A DNA stretch of 64,000 nucleotides from Gammaproteobacteria bacterium (GTDB taxonomy: Bacteria; Pseudomonadota; Gammaproteobacteria; JAABTG01): positions 264,549-328,548 of the forward strand of contig JAGNLM010000001.1 of assembly GCA_017999615.1 (NCBI GenBank), read 5' to 3'. The notes below the pieces were generated by a model, which was not told the DNA's origin, did no database searches, and saw nothing but the letters and a program-made list of their open reading frames with translations. The translations under genes were made by a program, and so were the position numbers. Shown here one piece after another: positions 11,506-22,756 of the stretch; the first letter of the stretch is position 1, and every line of letters begins with the position of its first letter.

Positions 11506-12789
11506 ATGAGCACTGCCTTCATCTTCATTCTGCTGATTGCCCTGATGCTGACGGGCATGCCCATCTCGATCTCGCTGGGCCTGACCGTGCTGACCTTCCT
11601 CTTCACCATGACCCACGTCCCCCTCGAGTCGGTGGCGATGAAGCTGTTCACCGGCATCGAGAAGTTCGAGATCATGGCCATCCCGTTCTTCATCCTGGCC
11701 GGCAACTTCCTCACCCACGGGGGCGTCGCTCGGCGGATGATCAACTTCGCCAACAGCATGGTGGGTCACTGGCATGGGGGGCTCGGGTTGGGCGGCGTCG
11801 TGGCGTGCGCGCTCTTCGCCGCGGTGTCCGGTTCGTCGCCGGCGACGGTGGTGGCGATCGGCTCGATCCTCCTGCCGGCGATGGTCCGGATGGGTTACCC
11901 GAAGCGCTTCGGCGCGGGGGTCATCACGACCTCCGGCGCGCTCGGCATCCTGATCCCGCCCTCGATCGTCATGGTGATGTATTCGGTTTCCACCAACACC
12001 TCTGTCGGCGCCCTGTTCATCGCCGGCATCATCCCGGGCATCATCCTCGCGACCATGCTCGGGATCACGACCTATTACCGTGCCCGCAAGGGCAACTTCC
12101 CGCGCCTGCCGCGGGCGAGCTGGGGCGAGCGGTGGCAGACGTTCCGGAAGAGCGCGTGGGGGCTCTTCCTGGTCGTCGTGGTCATCGGGGGCATCTACAG
12201 CGGGATGTTCACCCCGACCGAGGCGGCGGCGATGAGCGCGGTCTACGCCTTCTTCGTTGCCGTCTTCGTGTACAAGGACCTCAAGTTGAAGGAAGTACCG
12301 CGCGTACTGCTCAACTCGGCCAACATGAGCGCGATGCTTCTCTACATCATCACGAACGCGGTGCTGTTCTCGTTCCTGATGACCCACGAGAACATCCCGC
12401 AGGCCATGGCCGACTGGATGATGGGCACCGGCCTCGGCGTCATCGGGTTCCTTCTCATCGTCAACGTCTTGTTGCTCCTCGCCGGCAACGTGATGGAGCC
12501 GTCCTCCATCGTGCTCATCATGGCTCCCATCCTGTTCCCCATCGCCATCAATCTGGGAGTGGACCCGGTCCACTTCGGAATCATGATGGTGGTGAACATG
12601 GAGGTGGGCATGTGCCACCCGCCGGTGGGCCTCAACCTCTACGTGTCGAGCGGCATCACCAACATGGGGATCACGGAGCTGACGGTCGCGGTCTGGCCGT
12701 GGCTCCTGACCATGCTGGTGTTCCTGGGCATGGTGACCTACATCCCGATCATCTCGACCTGGCTGCCGAAGACACTGGGCATGATGTAG
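11506..12789 (+). CDS. dctM: TRAP transporter large permease, DctM family
   Basis: 427-aa 12-TM protein (MSTAFIFILLIALMLTGMPISISLGLTVLTF.., ..AIPFFILAGNFLTHGGVARRMINFA..). It starts 4 nt after the dctQ stop. Confidence 0.9.
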   Translation: MSTAFIFILLIALMLTGMPISISLGLTVLTFLFTMTHVPLESVAMKLFTGIEKFEIMAIPFFILAGNFLTHGGVARRMINFANSMVGHWHGGLGLGGVVACALFAAVSGSSPATVVAIGSILLPAMVRMGYPKRFGAGVITTSGALGILIPPSIVMVMYSVSTNTSVGALFIAGIIPGIILATMLGITTYYRARKGNFPRLPRASWGERWQTFRKSAWGLFLVVVVIGGIYSGMFTPTEAAAMSAVYAFFVAVFVYKDLKLKEVPRVLLNSANMSAMLLYIITNAVLFSFLMTHENIPQAMADWMMGTGLGVIGFLLIVNVLLLLAGNVMEPSSIVLIMAPILFPIAINLGVDPVHFGIMMVVNMEVGMCHPPVGLNLYVSSGITNMGITELTVAVWPWLLTMLVFLGMVTYIPIISTWLPKTLGMM

Positions 12790-12800
12790 CCGTGGTTTGA

Positions 12801-14657
<1,857 letters not shown>

Positions 14658-14666
14658 AGTAACTGG

Positions 14667-14712
14667 GGACTTCCGTCCGGGCTTCTCTCGGCCTGGACGG
14701 AAGTCCTTTCCG
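14667..14712 (+). terminator. Rho-independent terminator after maeA
   Basis: GGACTTCCGTCC-(16 nt loop)-GGACGGAAGTCC followed by TTTCC. It lies 10 nt downstream of the maeA stop, at a convergent junction with the RND gene. Confidence 0.55.
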
Positions 14713-14999
14713 CAGTTCCCCCCCCATTCTTCGTAAGCGTTGCGTGAACCTCGCGCTTGCGGTGCGCGCTCAGGACTGCGCGTGCCGAGAGGGAGGGGGG
14801 GCTTACCCATCGCGTACGAACGAGCCACACACACCGGGCGTTGCCACCCATTCGTGGGGAGAGCAGCGTGTTGGCGAGAAGGGAGGGTGGTTCCCGAAGG
14901 GTGCGGCCCTGGCGGCCGCTGCTGTTGCAGCGGGACGCCCCCCGAGGGGGGCGTCCGCCGCAAGCAGCTCTCTACGTCTTTCTGTCTGCGATGGCCTGC

Positions 15000-17900
15000 T
15001 TACGAGGCCTTGCTCTGGGCTGCGGAGTCCGGCGTGTTCTCGTCCGTGTCCAGACAGGCGGCACAGCGGAAGGTGTCCTCTCCCACGCTGAGGCATCCGA
15101 GCGGCACCACCAGCAGGGTCAGGATGGTGGAGACGAACACCCCGTAGAGCAGCGAGATCGCCATGCCCTGGAAGATCGGGTCGGTGAGGATCACCATGGA
15201 CCCGAGGACGAGGGCGAGCGCCGTGATCATGATGGGCCGGGTCCTCGCCTTCGCCGCCGTGATGACGGCGTCGTAGAGCGGCAGTCCCCTGCGCACCAGG
15301 ACCAGCGTGAAGTCCACCAGGAGGATGGAGTTGCGCACGATGATGCCCGCGAGCGCGATCCAGCCGATCATGGAGGTCGCCGTGAAGTCCGCTCCCCACA
15401 TCATATGTCCCGGAACGATGCCGAGCAGCGTCAGGGGAATGGGGGCCATGATGACCGCCGGGATGACGAAGTTGCCGAACTGCCACACGACCAGCATGTA
15501 GATGGCCAGCAGCGCGATGGCGTAGGCCACCCCCATGTCCCGGAAGGTCTCGAAGGTCACCGTCCACTCGCCGCTCCACTCGAACCCGGAGTGGCTGTCG
15601 GACGCCGGCGGCCCGGCGTAGGTCCCCGACAGGACGACGTCGTCGGGGGTCCGATGGCTCTGCAGCAGACGGTCCACGTCCATCTGGGCGTAGATGGGTG
15701 CGGCAAGGCGGCCCTTGGCGTCGCCGATCACGTACTCCATCGGCCGCAGGTCCTTGTGGAAGATGATGTCGTCGCGCGTCTCCTCGACAAAGCGGCCCAA
15801 CTCACCCAGCGGCACACTGGCCGTGCCCCGCTGGTTCATGATGGGCAGGTCGTTCAGGTTGGTCAGGACGGAGCGCTTGGCCAGGGGCACCTGCATCAGG
15901 ATGAAGGTGGGCTCCTGGACGCCTTTCTCCTTGACGTCCCCGACCTTGAACTCGCCCATGGCCATCGCCAGGTGCTTGTTGATGCTGTCGATGCTGACGC
16001 CGCTCAGGGCCGCCTTCTCGGCGTCCACCTCGAAGCGCCAGGAGGTCATCGGGGCGCGGATCATCGTCTGCTCTTCGCCCACCAGGTCGGATTCGGCGAA
16101 GGCGCGCTGTATGGCCCGGGCCGAGTCCTTGCGGGTAGCGGCGTCAGGGCCATAGACCTCGGCGACCAGCGTCTGCAGGACCGGCGGGCCCGGCGGCATC
16201 TCGACCACGGTGACGCCTGCGCCGTCGTACTTCTTGATCCCGGACGCATCGATGAAGCTGGCGAGCCGCCCGCGCACGTCGATGGCGATCTCGTGTCCGT
16301 TCCGGTCCCGGTCCTCCTTGTCCAGGAGCACGACCTGTATCTGGGACTGCCAGGGGAACATGCGCAGGTAGTAGTGGCGCACCAGGCCGTTGAAGTCGAA
16401 GGGCGCCCCGGTCCCCACGTAGGTCTGAACGGAGAGGACCTCGGGGACCTGGCGAACGAGGTCGGCGACCTCCGCCGTGAAGCTCGCCGTGTCGGGCAGG
16501 GCCGTCCCGGCAGGCATGTCGATGACCACCTGGAACTCGGACTTGTTGTCGAACGGCAGCATCTTCACCGTGATCGCCGTCGTGTAGAACATCAGGGCGG
16601 CGAGGGCGAACAGCCCGATCAATCCCCACAGGAACAGCTGGCCGTAGAACCGGTTCTTGTAGATTGTCCCGATGGTCTTCTGATAGACCCCCTCGAGCCA
16701 GTTGTCGATCTTCTCGTCGCGGTGGTGCATCGCACGCAGCTTGTCCATGCTGGGCACGATGCGCATCGCCAGCCACGGCGCGAAGAGCAGGGCGGCGACC
16801 AGCGAGAAGACCATGGCCACGGAGCCGAGCGCCGGGATGGGCTCCATGTACGGCCCCATCATCCCGGAGACGAATCCCATGGGCAGCAGCGCCGCGACCA
16901 CCGTATAGGTGGCGAGTACGGTCGGGTTGCCGACCTCGCGCACCGCGTCGATGGCGACGTGGGTGCAGGGCTCCCCGTGCATAAGCCAGCGCCGGTAGAT
17001 GTTCTCCACGATGACGATGGCGTTGTCGACCAGGAAGCCGATGGAGAAGATCAGCGCGAAGAGCGATACGCGGTTGATGGAATAACCCGTCATCATGCCC
17101 GCGAACACGGTGATGACCAGCACCACCGGAATGGTGAACAGCACGACCAGGGAGGGTTTCCACCCCATCGAGACCCACACCAGCAGGGTGACGGCGCCGG
17201 TCGCGATGAACAGCTTCAGGATGAGCGAGTTGACCTTGTCGTTCGCGGTCTTCCCGTAGTTGCGCGTGACCGTGACCTGGACGTTGTCCGGGATCAGGTA
17301 CCCCTTGACGTCCTCGACCTCGGCCAGCACCGCGTCGACGACCGCCACGCCGTTCGCGCCCTTCTGCTTGGCGATGGCGATGGTCACCGCCTGGGCGTAA
17401 TCGACGGACTCACCCGCGTGCGCCGCGCCGGTGGCGAAGGTCACCATCTGGCGTGGCTCTTCCGGCCCCACGGATACCTCGGCCACGTCGTTCATGTAGA
17501 TGGGCCGACCATCCCGGCTCATGCCCACGACCAGGCGCTTGATGTCGTCCGCGTTGTTGAGGAAGGTGCCCGTCACCACGTAGGTGTACTTGCCGTCGCG
17601 CTCCGTCGACCCGACGGTCGCCTCGGCGTTGAAACCCTGTAGCGCCTGGGCCATCTGGCCCATGCTCATGCCGTAGCTCTTCAGCCGCTCGGGCCGGACG
17701 TCGATGCGCACCTGGCGGGCGCGGCCACCGACCACGAAGGTGTTTCCGGTCTTGGGCACCTGCTTCAGGTGCTGCTGCAGGCTGACGGCGAGCGCACGCA
17801 GGGTGGCGTCGTCCACGTCGGAGGACCAGAGGGTGAGCGTCAGGACGGGGACGTCGTCGATCTCCTTGGGCTTCATCTGCGCCTTCTCGGCGCCCGGCGG

Positions 17901-18335
17901 GAGCAGGTCCTCGTTGGTGCGCAGCTTCTCGCCGGTGCGCACGATCGCCGCCTCCATGTCCTCGCCGACGTGGAACTCCAGCGTGATCATGCCCATCTCC
18001 TGATCGCTCGCGGAGTACACGTGCTTCACGCCCGGGATCTCGGACAGCACGCGCTCCTGCGGGCCGACCAGCATCTTGGCGATTTCCTCGGCCGAGGCGC
18101 CCGGCATCCGGTAGAAGATGTCGATCATCGGGACCGAGATTTCGGGGTCTTCCTGGCGCGGAGAGGCGGCCAGGCCGTAGATGCCGAGCAGCATCATCAC
18201 CGCGAAGAGCAGCGGTGAGAGCGGGGAGTGGATGAAGGCCTGGGCGAGCTTTCCGGCGAAGCCCAGTTCCATCTCGGTGACCTGCTGGACTTCCTTGCAG
18301 GAAGCGGTGGGTTCTTTGGGAGTCGGGTCGGTCAT
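15000..18335 (-). CDS. RND-superfamily efflux transporter permease (AcrB/CzcA-like, 12 TM + two large periplasmic loops)
   Basis: 1111 aa. It has the N-terminal TM1 followed by a large periplasmic domain (..ISVPMIDIFYRMPGASAEEIAKMLVGPQERVLSEIPGVKHVYS..), then the duplicated second half. It lies downstream of an adaptor gene on the same strand. The start may be the internal MELGF (18272) rather than 18335. Confidence 0.88.
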   Translation of the reverse strand: MTDPTPKEPTASCKEVQQVTEMELGFAGKLAQAFIHSPLSPLLFAVMMLLGIYGLAASPRQEDPEISVPMIDIFYRMPGASAEEIAKMLVGPQERVLSEIPGVKHVYSASDQEMGMITLEFHVGEDMEAAIVRTGEKLRTNEDLLPPGAEKAQMKPKEIDDVPVLTLTLWSSDVDDATLRALAVSLQQHLKQVPKTGNTFVVGGRARQVRIDVRPERLKSYGMSMGQMAQALQGFNAEATVGSTERDGKYTYVVTGTFLNNADDIKRLVVGMSRDGRPIYMNDVAEVSVGPEEPRQMVTFATGAAHAGESVDYAQAVTIAIAKQKGANGVAVVDAVLAEVEDVKGYLIPDNVQVTVTRNYGKTANDKVNSLILKLFIATGAVTLLVWVSMGWKPSLVVLFTIPVVLVITVFAGMMTGYSINRVSLFALIFSIGFLVDNAIVIVENIYRRWLMHGEPCTHVAIDAVREVGNPTVLATYTVVAALLPMGFVSGMMGPYMEPIPALGSVAMVFSLVAALLFAPWLAMRIVPSMDKLRAMHHRDEKIDNWLEGVYQKTIGTIYKNRFYGQLFLWGLIGLFALAALMFYTTAITVKMLPFDNKSEFQVVIDMPAGTALPDTASFTAEVADLVRQVPEVLSVQTYVGTGAPFDFNGLVRHYYLRMFPWQSQIQVVLLDKEDRDRNGHEIAIDVRGRLASFIDASGIKKYDGAGVTVVEMPPGPPVLQTLVAEVYGPDAATRKDSARAIQRAFAESDLVGEEQTMIRAPMTSWRFEVDAEKAALSGVSIDSINKHLAMAMGEFKVGDVKEKGVQEPTFILMQVPLAKRSVLTNLNDLPIMNQRGTASVPLGELGRFVEETRDDIIFHKDLRPMEYVIGDAKGRLAAPIYAQMDVDRLLQSHRTPDDVVLSGTYAGPPASDSHSGFEWSGEWTVTFETFRDMGVAYAIALLAIYMLVVWQFGNFVIPAVIMAPIPLTLLGIVPGHMMWGADFTATSMIGWIALAGIIVRNSILLVDFTLVLVRRGLPLYDAVITAAKARTRPIMITALALVLGSMVILTDPIFQGMAISLLYGVFVSTILTLLVVPLGCLSVGEDTFRCAACLDTDENTPDSAAQSKAS

Positions 18336-18437
18336 GGTGTGGGCGAACTCGATTTCCGGTGAGAGACCGTGAAGAGGAAGGCAGGGGCCGTGTCAGTGCG
18401 GCCCCTGCCTGTGTCTATAGCGGACGTCCGTTCCGGC

Positions 18438-19610
18438 TCAGGAGCCGGCGCGGGTGCCAGCGGACGGGTTGGCCAGGATGCGGTCGCCGGCCTTGAGCCC
18501 CGAGATCACGCTGATCATCCCGCTGGGCGTCCGGTCCCCGAGGCGGATGAGGCGAAGCTTGAGGTTCCCGCCTTCCTCGACGAGGAACACCGCGGGCAGG
18601 CTACCGCGCCACAGGATGGCGGAGCTCGGGATCACCGGGTGCTCGCTGGACTTCTTCGTCGGGTCTGGGATCAGGACCTCGGCATACATGCCCGAGTGGG
18701 CCCCGGTCGCGTCCGGCAGGTTGAACTTCACCGTGGTGGTGTGTCCGCCGGGGTCGGCCATGGGGAATATCCGGTCGACCGAGACGTCCACGGGCTGGGA
18801 GTCGTTGTCGAGCTTGGCCTGCAGGGTGCCGGCCGACTTGACGGTGTTCAGCAGCCCGGTAGGCACTTCCACCCGGACCTGCAACTTGGTGACGTCGGCG
18901 AAGGTCACGAGCGGCATGCCGGGCTGAACGATGTCGCCCTGCTCGGCCATCTTCTTCAGGATCACCCCGTCGAAGGGCGCGAAGCTGACCGCGTTCTCCA
19001 GGCTCTGGTCGAGCTCGCGGATGGCGGCCCGGGCCTGCTCCACCGCGTTACGCGCGGTCTCGACCTGCACACCCTGGCCATAGAGGCTGGAATGGCGCTC
19101 CACCCCCGGTGTGCCCTGGCCCATCATCGAGCGCATCGGGTCGGTGAACATGCTCGTCAGAGCGGGCATGCCGCCCAGGTAGGACTGGGCCTGGGCGTTG
19201 GGGTTGAGTAACTCCCGGTTGTACTGGACGATGGCGTTGCGGAACCCTGCGTCCGCCGAAGCGAGCTGCGCCTCGGCCTGCAGGCGCTTTGCCCGCAGCG
19301 CGTTCGTATCCAACTCCACCAGGCGGTCGCCCTTCTTGAAGGTGTCGCCCTCGGCGCCCGCCACGAACTTCACGTCACCCGGCATCTGGGCGGAGAGGGT
19401 GACGATCTTCTCGGGCATCACCGTGCCCCCGAGGGACACCACGCCGCCGGCGCTGCCGGATTTGACCTCGATGATCTCCCGCGATACGGGTTGCGGCGCC
19501 GGCGCTGCGCCGGCTGCTGGCTCGCCCTGCGCCTGAACCAGCGTGAGCTTCAAGCCGGCCGCCAGGAGACCGGCGGTCAGCACATAAGTGACCGTTTTGT
19601 TCATGTTCAC
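18438..19610 (-). CDS. RND efflux periplasmic adaptor (membrane fusion protein, HlyD/AcrA family)
   Basis: Signal/anchor MNMNKTVTYVLTAGLLAAGLKLTLVQA, then a coiled-coil hairpin (..LDTNALRAKRLQAEAQLASADAGFRNA..) and beta-barrel/lipoyl motifs. It sits immediately upstream of the RND permease. Confidence 0.85.
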   Translation of the reverse strand: MNMNKTVTYVLTAGLLAAGLKLTLVQAQGEPAAGAAPAPQPVSREIIEVKSGSAGGVVSLGGTVMPEKIVTLSAQMPGDVKFVAGAEGDTFKKGDRLVELDTNALRAKRLQAEAQLASADAGFRNAIVQYNRELLNPNAQAQSYLGGMPALTSMFTDPMRSMMGQGTPGVERHSSLYGQGVQVETARNAVEQARAAIRELDQSLENAVSFAPFDGVILKKMAEQGDIVQPGMPLVTFADVTKLQVRVEVPTGLLNTVKSAGTLQAKLDNDSQPVDVSVDRIFPMADPGGHTTTVKFNLPDATGAHSGMYAEVLIPDPTKKSSEHPVIPSSAILWRGSLPAVFLVEEGGNLKLRLIRLGDRTPSGMISVISGLKAGDRILANPSAGTRAGS

Positions 19611-19910
19611 GATACCCCGAAACTCGATGGACCCGCACGTCGCGGAAACCGGTAAATTCTAGCGGAAAATCAGAAGATACTAAATTAATGTATGTTATTT
19701 CAATTCAGGAATCCGCGTCGGCGATGCGGCCTGATGACAGTCTAGTCCACCCCCCCCTCGCCCTGCATGCAGAGGGTCTGCCGGGGCGGCAAGGGTCCTC
19801 CAGGGTGGGGTCGACCCGTTCAGTCGCCGTTCATTCTCACCTGGGGACAATCCTGCCACGGTTCGGGCTGGTGCCCGTCTCGGTAGGGTGCGCGGGCGCA
19901 CCGGGAGGAC

Positions 19911-21293
19911 GTGGTCGTGAACGCCCTGTGGAAGCGATTCGTGGGACTGACGCTGGCGGTCCTGGTGGGCCTGGCGCCAGTGGCCCGGGCTCAGGAGGGA
20001 GGGGCCCTGTCTCAGCAGGAGCTGGACCGCATCCTCGCGCCCGTGGCCCTGTACCCGGACGCCCTCCTGTCCCAGGTCCTGATGGCCTCGACCTATCCCC
20101 TGGAGGTCGTCCAGGCGGCCCGCTGGGTCAAGGCGAACCCCGGCCTCTCCGGTGGGGCCCTGGGGCGTGCCCTGGAGGACGAGCCGTGGGACCCGAGCGT
20201 GAAGGCCCTGGCTCCCTTCCCGCAGGTCCTGGAGATGATGAGCGAGCGCCTGGAGTGGACGCAGCGGTTGGGTGACGCGGTGCTCACGGAGCAGGACCGG
20301 GTCATGGACACGGTCCAGCAGCTCAGGCGCCGTGCCCACGAGGCGGGCAACCTGGGCACGAACGACCGCCAGAAGGTGTTGGTGCAGCCGGAGGTCATCG
20401 TGATCGAGCCGGCGGACCCCGAGGTGGTCTACGTCCCGGTCTACAACCCGACCGTCGTCTATGGGGGGTGGTGGTGGCCGGTCGCCCCGTACGGGTGGTA
20501 CCCGCGGGGCTACGTCGTCAGCTCGGGCCTGGTCGCGGGCATCTCCTTCGGCCTCGGAATCGCCGTCAGCGATTACCTTTGGGGCGGGTTTGACTGGCAC
20601 CACCATTACATTCACGTCCACCGGCACCGGGACCCGGTGCGCAACGTCACCTTCAACCGGCACGTCAACCTGCACCCGGTGCTCGCCGGCGAGGCCGACG
20701 TGCGGCGTTGGCAGCACGACCCGAGCCACCGGCACGGGCTGCGCTACCGGGAGCAGCAGGCGCGCGAGCGCTTCACGGGGATCCCGGGCGCACGTCCGGG
20801 CGGGCAGTCCGCCCGGCGTATGGACGCGCAGCACCTGCAGCAGAGGCTGGGGGGTCCGCGGGTCGACGGGGGGCTGCAGCCCGAGCGGCCCCGCTCGTGG
20901 CAGACCGGCCGGACGCTGGACCGCTCCGTAGCGCGGGACCGCTCCGCGACGCCGGACCGCTCCGTAGCGCGGGACCGCCCCGCGACGCCGGACCGCTCCG
21001 TAGCGCGGGACCGCCCCGCGACTACGGACCGCTCCCCGCGCGTGGACCGGTCCGTGGTTCGGGAGCGGAGCGTCGGCGGATCCGCGGTGAACCCCGGTCG
21101 CCCGATGCCGGGGGCCGCCTTTGACGGCTCGCGGCCGGGTGGAGCGCGCGTGGCACCCAGTGGCGGCACGGCGGGGCGGGGAGGGAGCCCCCAGGGGTTC
21201 ACTGGGGGTTCCCAGGGGTTCCCCGGGCGCTCGGGGCAGGAGCCCGCTCAGGGTCACGGGGGTCACGGCGGGCGAGGGTGGCAGGTGAGGTAG
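19911..21293 (+). CDS. DUF3300-family secreted protein with C-terminal Arg/Pro-rich 12-aa tandem repeats
   Basis: Signal peptide (..LTLAVLVGLAPVARAQE), then the DUF3300 signature (..LDRILAPVALYPDALLSQVLMASTYPLEVVQAARWV..) and a Trp/Tyr/His-rich segment (GGWWWPVAPYGWYP.., DWHHHYIHVHRHRD). Three copies of PDRSVARDR[PS]AT at nt ~20917-21040. GTG start. Confidence 0.7.
   Translation: MVVNALWKRFVGLTLAVLVGLAPVARAQEGGALSQQELDRILAPVALYPDALLSQVLMASTYPLEVVQAARWVKANPGLSGGALGRALEDEPWDPSVKALAPFPQVLEMMSERLEWTQRLGDAVLTEQDRVMDTVQQLRRRAHEAGNLGTNDRQKVLVQPEVIVIEPADPEVVYVPVYNPTVVYGGWWWPVAPYGWYPRGYVVSSGLVAGISFGLGIAVSDYLWGGFDWHHHYIHVHRHRDPVRNVTFNRHVNLHPVLAGEADVRRWQHDPSHRHGLRYREQQARERFTGIPGARPGGQSARRMDAQHLQQRLGGPRVDGGLQPERPRSWQTGRTLDRSVARDRSATPDRSVARDRPATPDRSVARDRPATTDRSPRVDRSVVRERSVGGSAVNPGRPMPGAAFDGSRPGGARVAPSGGTAGRGGSPQGFTGGSQGFPGRSGQEPAQGHGGHGGRGWQVR
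20917..21040 (+). repeat. Intragenic 36-bp tandem repeat (x3.3) encoding PDRSVARDR(P/S)AT
   Basis: ggaccgctccgtagcgcgggaccgc(c/t)ccgcgac(g/t)cc repeated head-to-tail inside the DUF3300 gene. Confidence 0.8.
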
Positions 21294-21371
21294 GAGCCGG
21301 CACCCCATCCTGGAGTGCCTAGCCTGGAGCGGCGAGTTTGGCGCGGCCAGCCCGGCGCGGTCGTGGCCCCC

Positions 21372-21461
21372 GGAGGGGCCCCACGGGACCGTCTGCCGCC
21401 AGGGACGGCGGCAGACGAGCCTACAGGGATGTACTTGCGGCGTGTCCCGTGGGGCCCCTCC
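21372..21461. repeat. REP-like nested-palindrome element, copy A (between convergent DUF3300 gene and argE)
   Basis: Outer arms GGAGGGGCCCCACGGGAC / GTCCCGTGGGGCCCCTCC enclose the core CGTCTGCCGCCAGGGACGGCGGCAGACGAGCCTACAGGGATGTACTTGCGGCGTGTCCC. The core contains a perfect 10-bp inner hairpin, GTCTGCCGCC/GGCGGCAGAC. The same core recurs at 36007 and 37519. Confidence 0.85.
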
Positions 21462-21496
21462 GGGGGTGACGACCGAAAGGGGTTTTTCAGCGCTGG

Positions 21497-22654
21497 CTAC
21501 TCCCGGCAGAACCTCTCGATCAGTGCCCCCAGCAGCCCCACGGTCCGGGGAACCCGCTCGAGCGCGAGGTACTCGTCCGGCTGGTGGGCCTGGGCGATGT
21601 CCCCCGGACCCCAGACGACCGTCTCCATGCCGAGGGCGGTCAGGTAGGGCGCCTCTGTCCCGAAGGCCGCCGCGCCCGCCGGATAACCCGTCAGATCCTC
21701 GAGGGCCCGGACGAGTACGGAGGCCGCCGGGGTCTCCATCGCCTCGATCCCGGCGAAGAGCGGCCGGGTCTCCCAGGCGAGCCCCCGAGCCGCCGCGACC
21801 CTCTCCACCCGGCGTCGGAGCTCGGCGCGCAGGTCGGCCAAGCGCATCCCGGGCAGTGGCCTCAGGTCGAGGTGCAGCTCGCACTCCCCGCAGATCCGGT
21901 TGGGGTTGTCCCCGCCCCAGATGCGGCCCAGGTTCATGGTGGGCACGGGCACGGCGAAGGTGTCGTCGCGGTGCGCGGCCTGGAGCTCGGTGCGCCAGGC
22001 GAGCAGTTCCGACAGGAGACTGTGCATCCCCTCGAGCGCCGAGTTGCCGAGCGCCGGGTCGCTCGAGTGGCCCGCGCGGCCCACCAGGCGCACCGCCTCC
22101 ATCAGGATGCCCTTGTGCATCCGGACCGGGACGAGGCCGGTCGGCTCGCCGATGACGGCGTAACGCCCCAGGGGGCGTCCGCTCTCGGCGAGCGTGATGG
22201 CCCCGCACATGGACGATTCCTCGTCCGCCGTGGCGAGCAGCACCAGCGGGCGCGCGAGAGGGCTTGGCCCCAGGCCTCTCGCCGCCTCGAGGGCGAGCGC
22301 GAAGAAGGCCTTCATGTCGGCGATCCCAAGCCCGTACAGGCGACCGCCGTCTTGCGTCAGCCGGAAGGGGTCGTGGCGCCACTGCCCCTCGTCGTAGGGC
22401 ACCGTGTCCGTGTGACCGGCGAGCACCAGCCCATTCCCCCCCTGGCCCAGGGTCGCCACGAGGTTCCGCTTGCCGGGGTGGCCGGGCAGGTCCCGGACCT
22501 CCACGGTGAAGCCCAGTCCCTCGGCCCATTCCGCGAGCAGGGCGATGACCGCTGCGTTGCTCTGGTCGAAGGCGGGGCTGACGCTGCTCACCGAGGGCGT
22601 GGCCACCAGCCGTGCCATCATCTCCATCACGTCGGGTGTCGCGCGGTGCATCCG
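21497..22654 (-). CDS. argE: Acetylornithine deacetylase (M20 family)
   Basis: ..LLAGHTDTVPYDEGQWRHDPFRLTQDGGRLYGLGIADMKAFFA.. and ..NRICGECELHLDLRPLPGM.. match ArgE almost motif-for-motif. The remainder of the 839-aa track ORF (22655..24016) is an antisense artefact over the GNAT gene. Confidence 0.85.
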   Translation of the reverse strand, partial: RMHRATPDVMEMMARLVATPSVSSVSPAFDQSNAAVIALLAEWAEGLGFTVEVRDLPGHPGKRNLVATLGQGGNGLVLAGHTDTVPYDEGQWRHDPFRLTQDGGRLYGLGIADMKAFFALALEAARGLGPSPLARPLVLLATADEESSMCGAITLAESGRPLGRYAVIGEPTGLVPVRMHKGILMEAVRLVGRAGHSSDPALGNSALEGMHSLLSELLAWRTELQAAHRDDTFAVPVPTMNLGRIWGGDNPNRICGECELHLDLRPLPGMRLADLRAELRRRVERVAAARGLAWETRPLFAGIEAMETPAASVLVRALEDLTGYPAGAAAFGTEAPYLTALGMETVVWGPGDIAQAHQPDEYLALERVPRTVGLLGALIERFCRE

Positions 22655-22756
22655 CTCATAGTAACGCCTGCGCCTTTTCGCCGTCGCCCGCCGGCCCCCG
22701 TCCCCAGCGAACCCTTGCCGACCCGGTCCTTTCCCCTGGAGGCAGGGGGGCGGAGA

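Noticed and set aside
14757-17642. 961-aa plus-strand ORF
   Set aside because: Antisense to the 1111-aa RND permease, which has unambiguous TM/periplasmic-loop organisation on the minus strand. Its translation is Arg/His/Asp-rich junk.
19695-22529. 944-aa minus-strand ORF spanning the DUF3300 gene, the REP element and argE
   Set aside because: Its Arg/Pro/Gly-rich translation has no motifs. It is an antisense/read-through artefact of the high GC content. Only its 3' portion (21497..22654) matches ArgE, and the + strand carries a well-supported DUF3300 gene.
21584-22756. N-terminal 390 aa of the 812-aa plus-strand track ORF ending at 24022
   Set aside because: This part is antisense to argE and has no protein-like composition. 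The real gene begins at 22757 (MKGVVPP..), where the GNAT motifs start.
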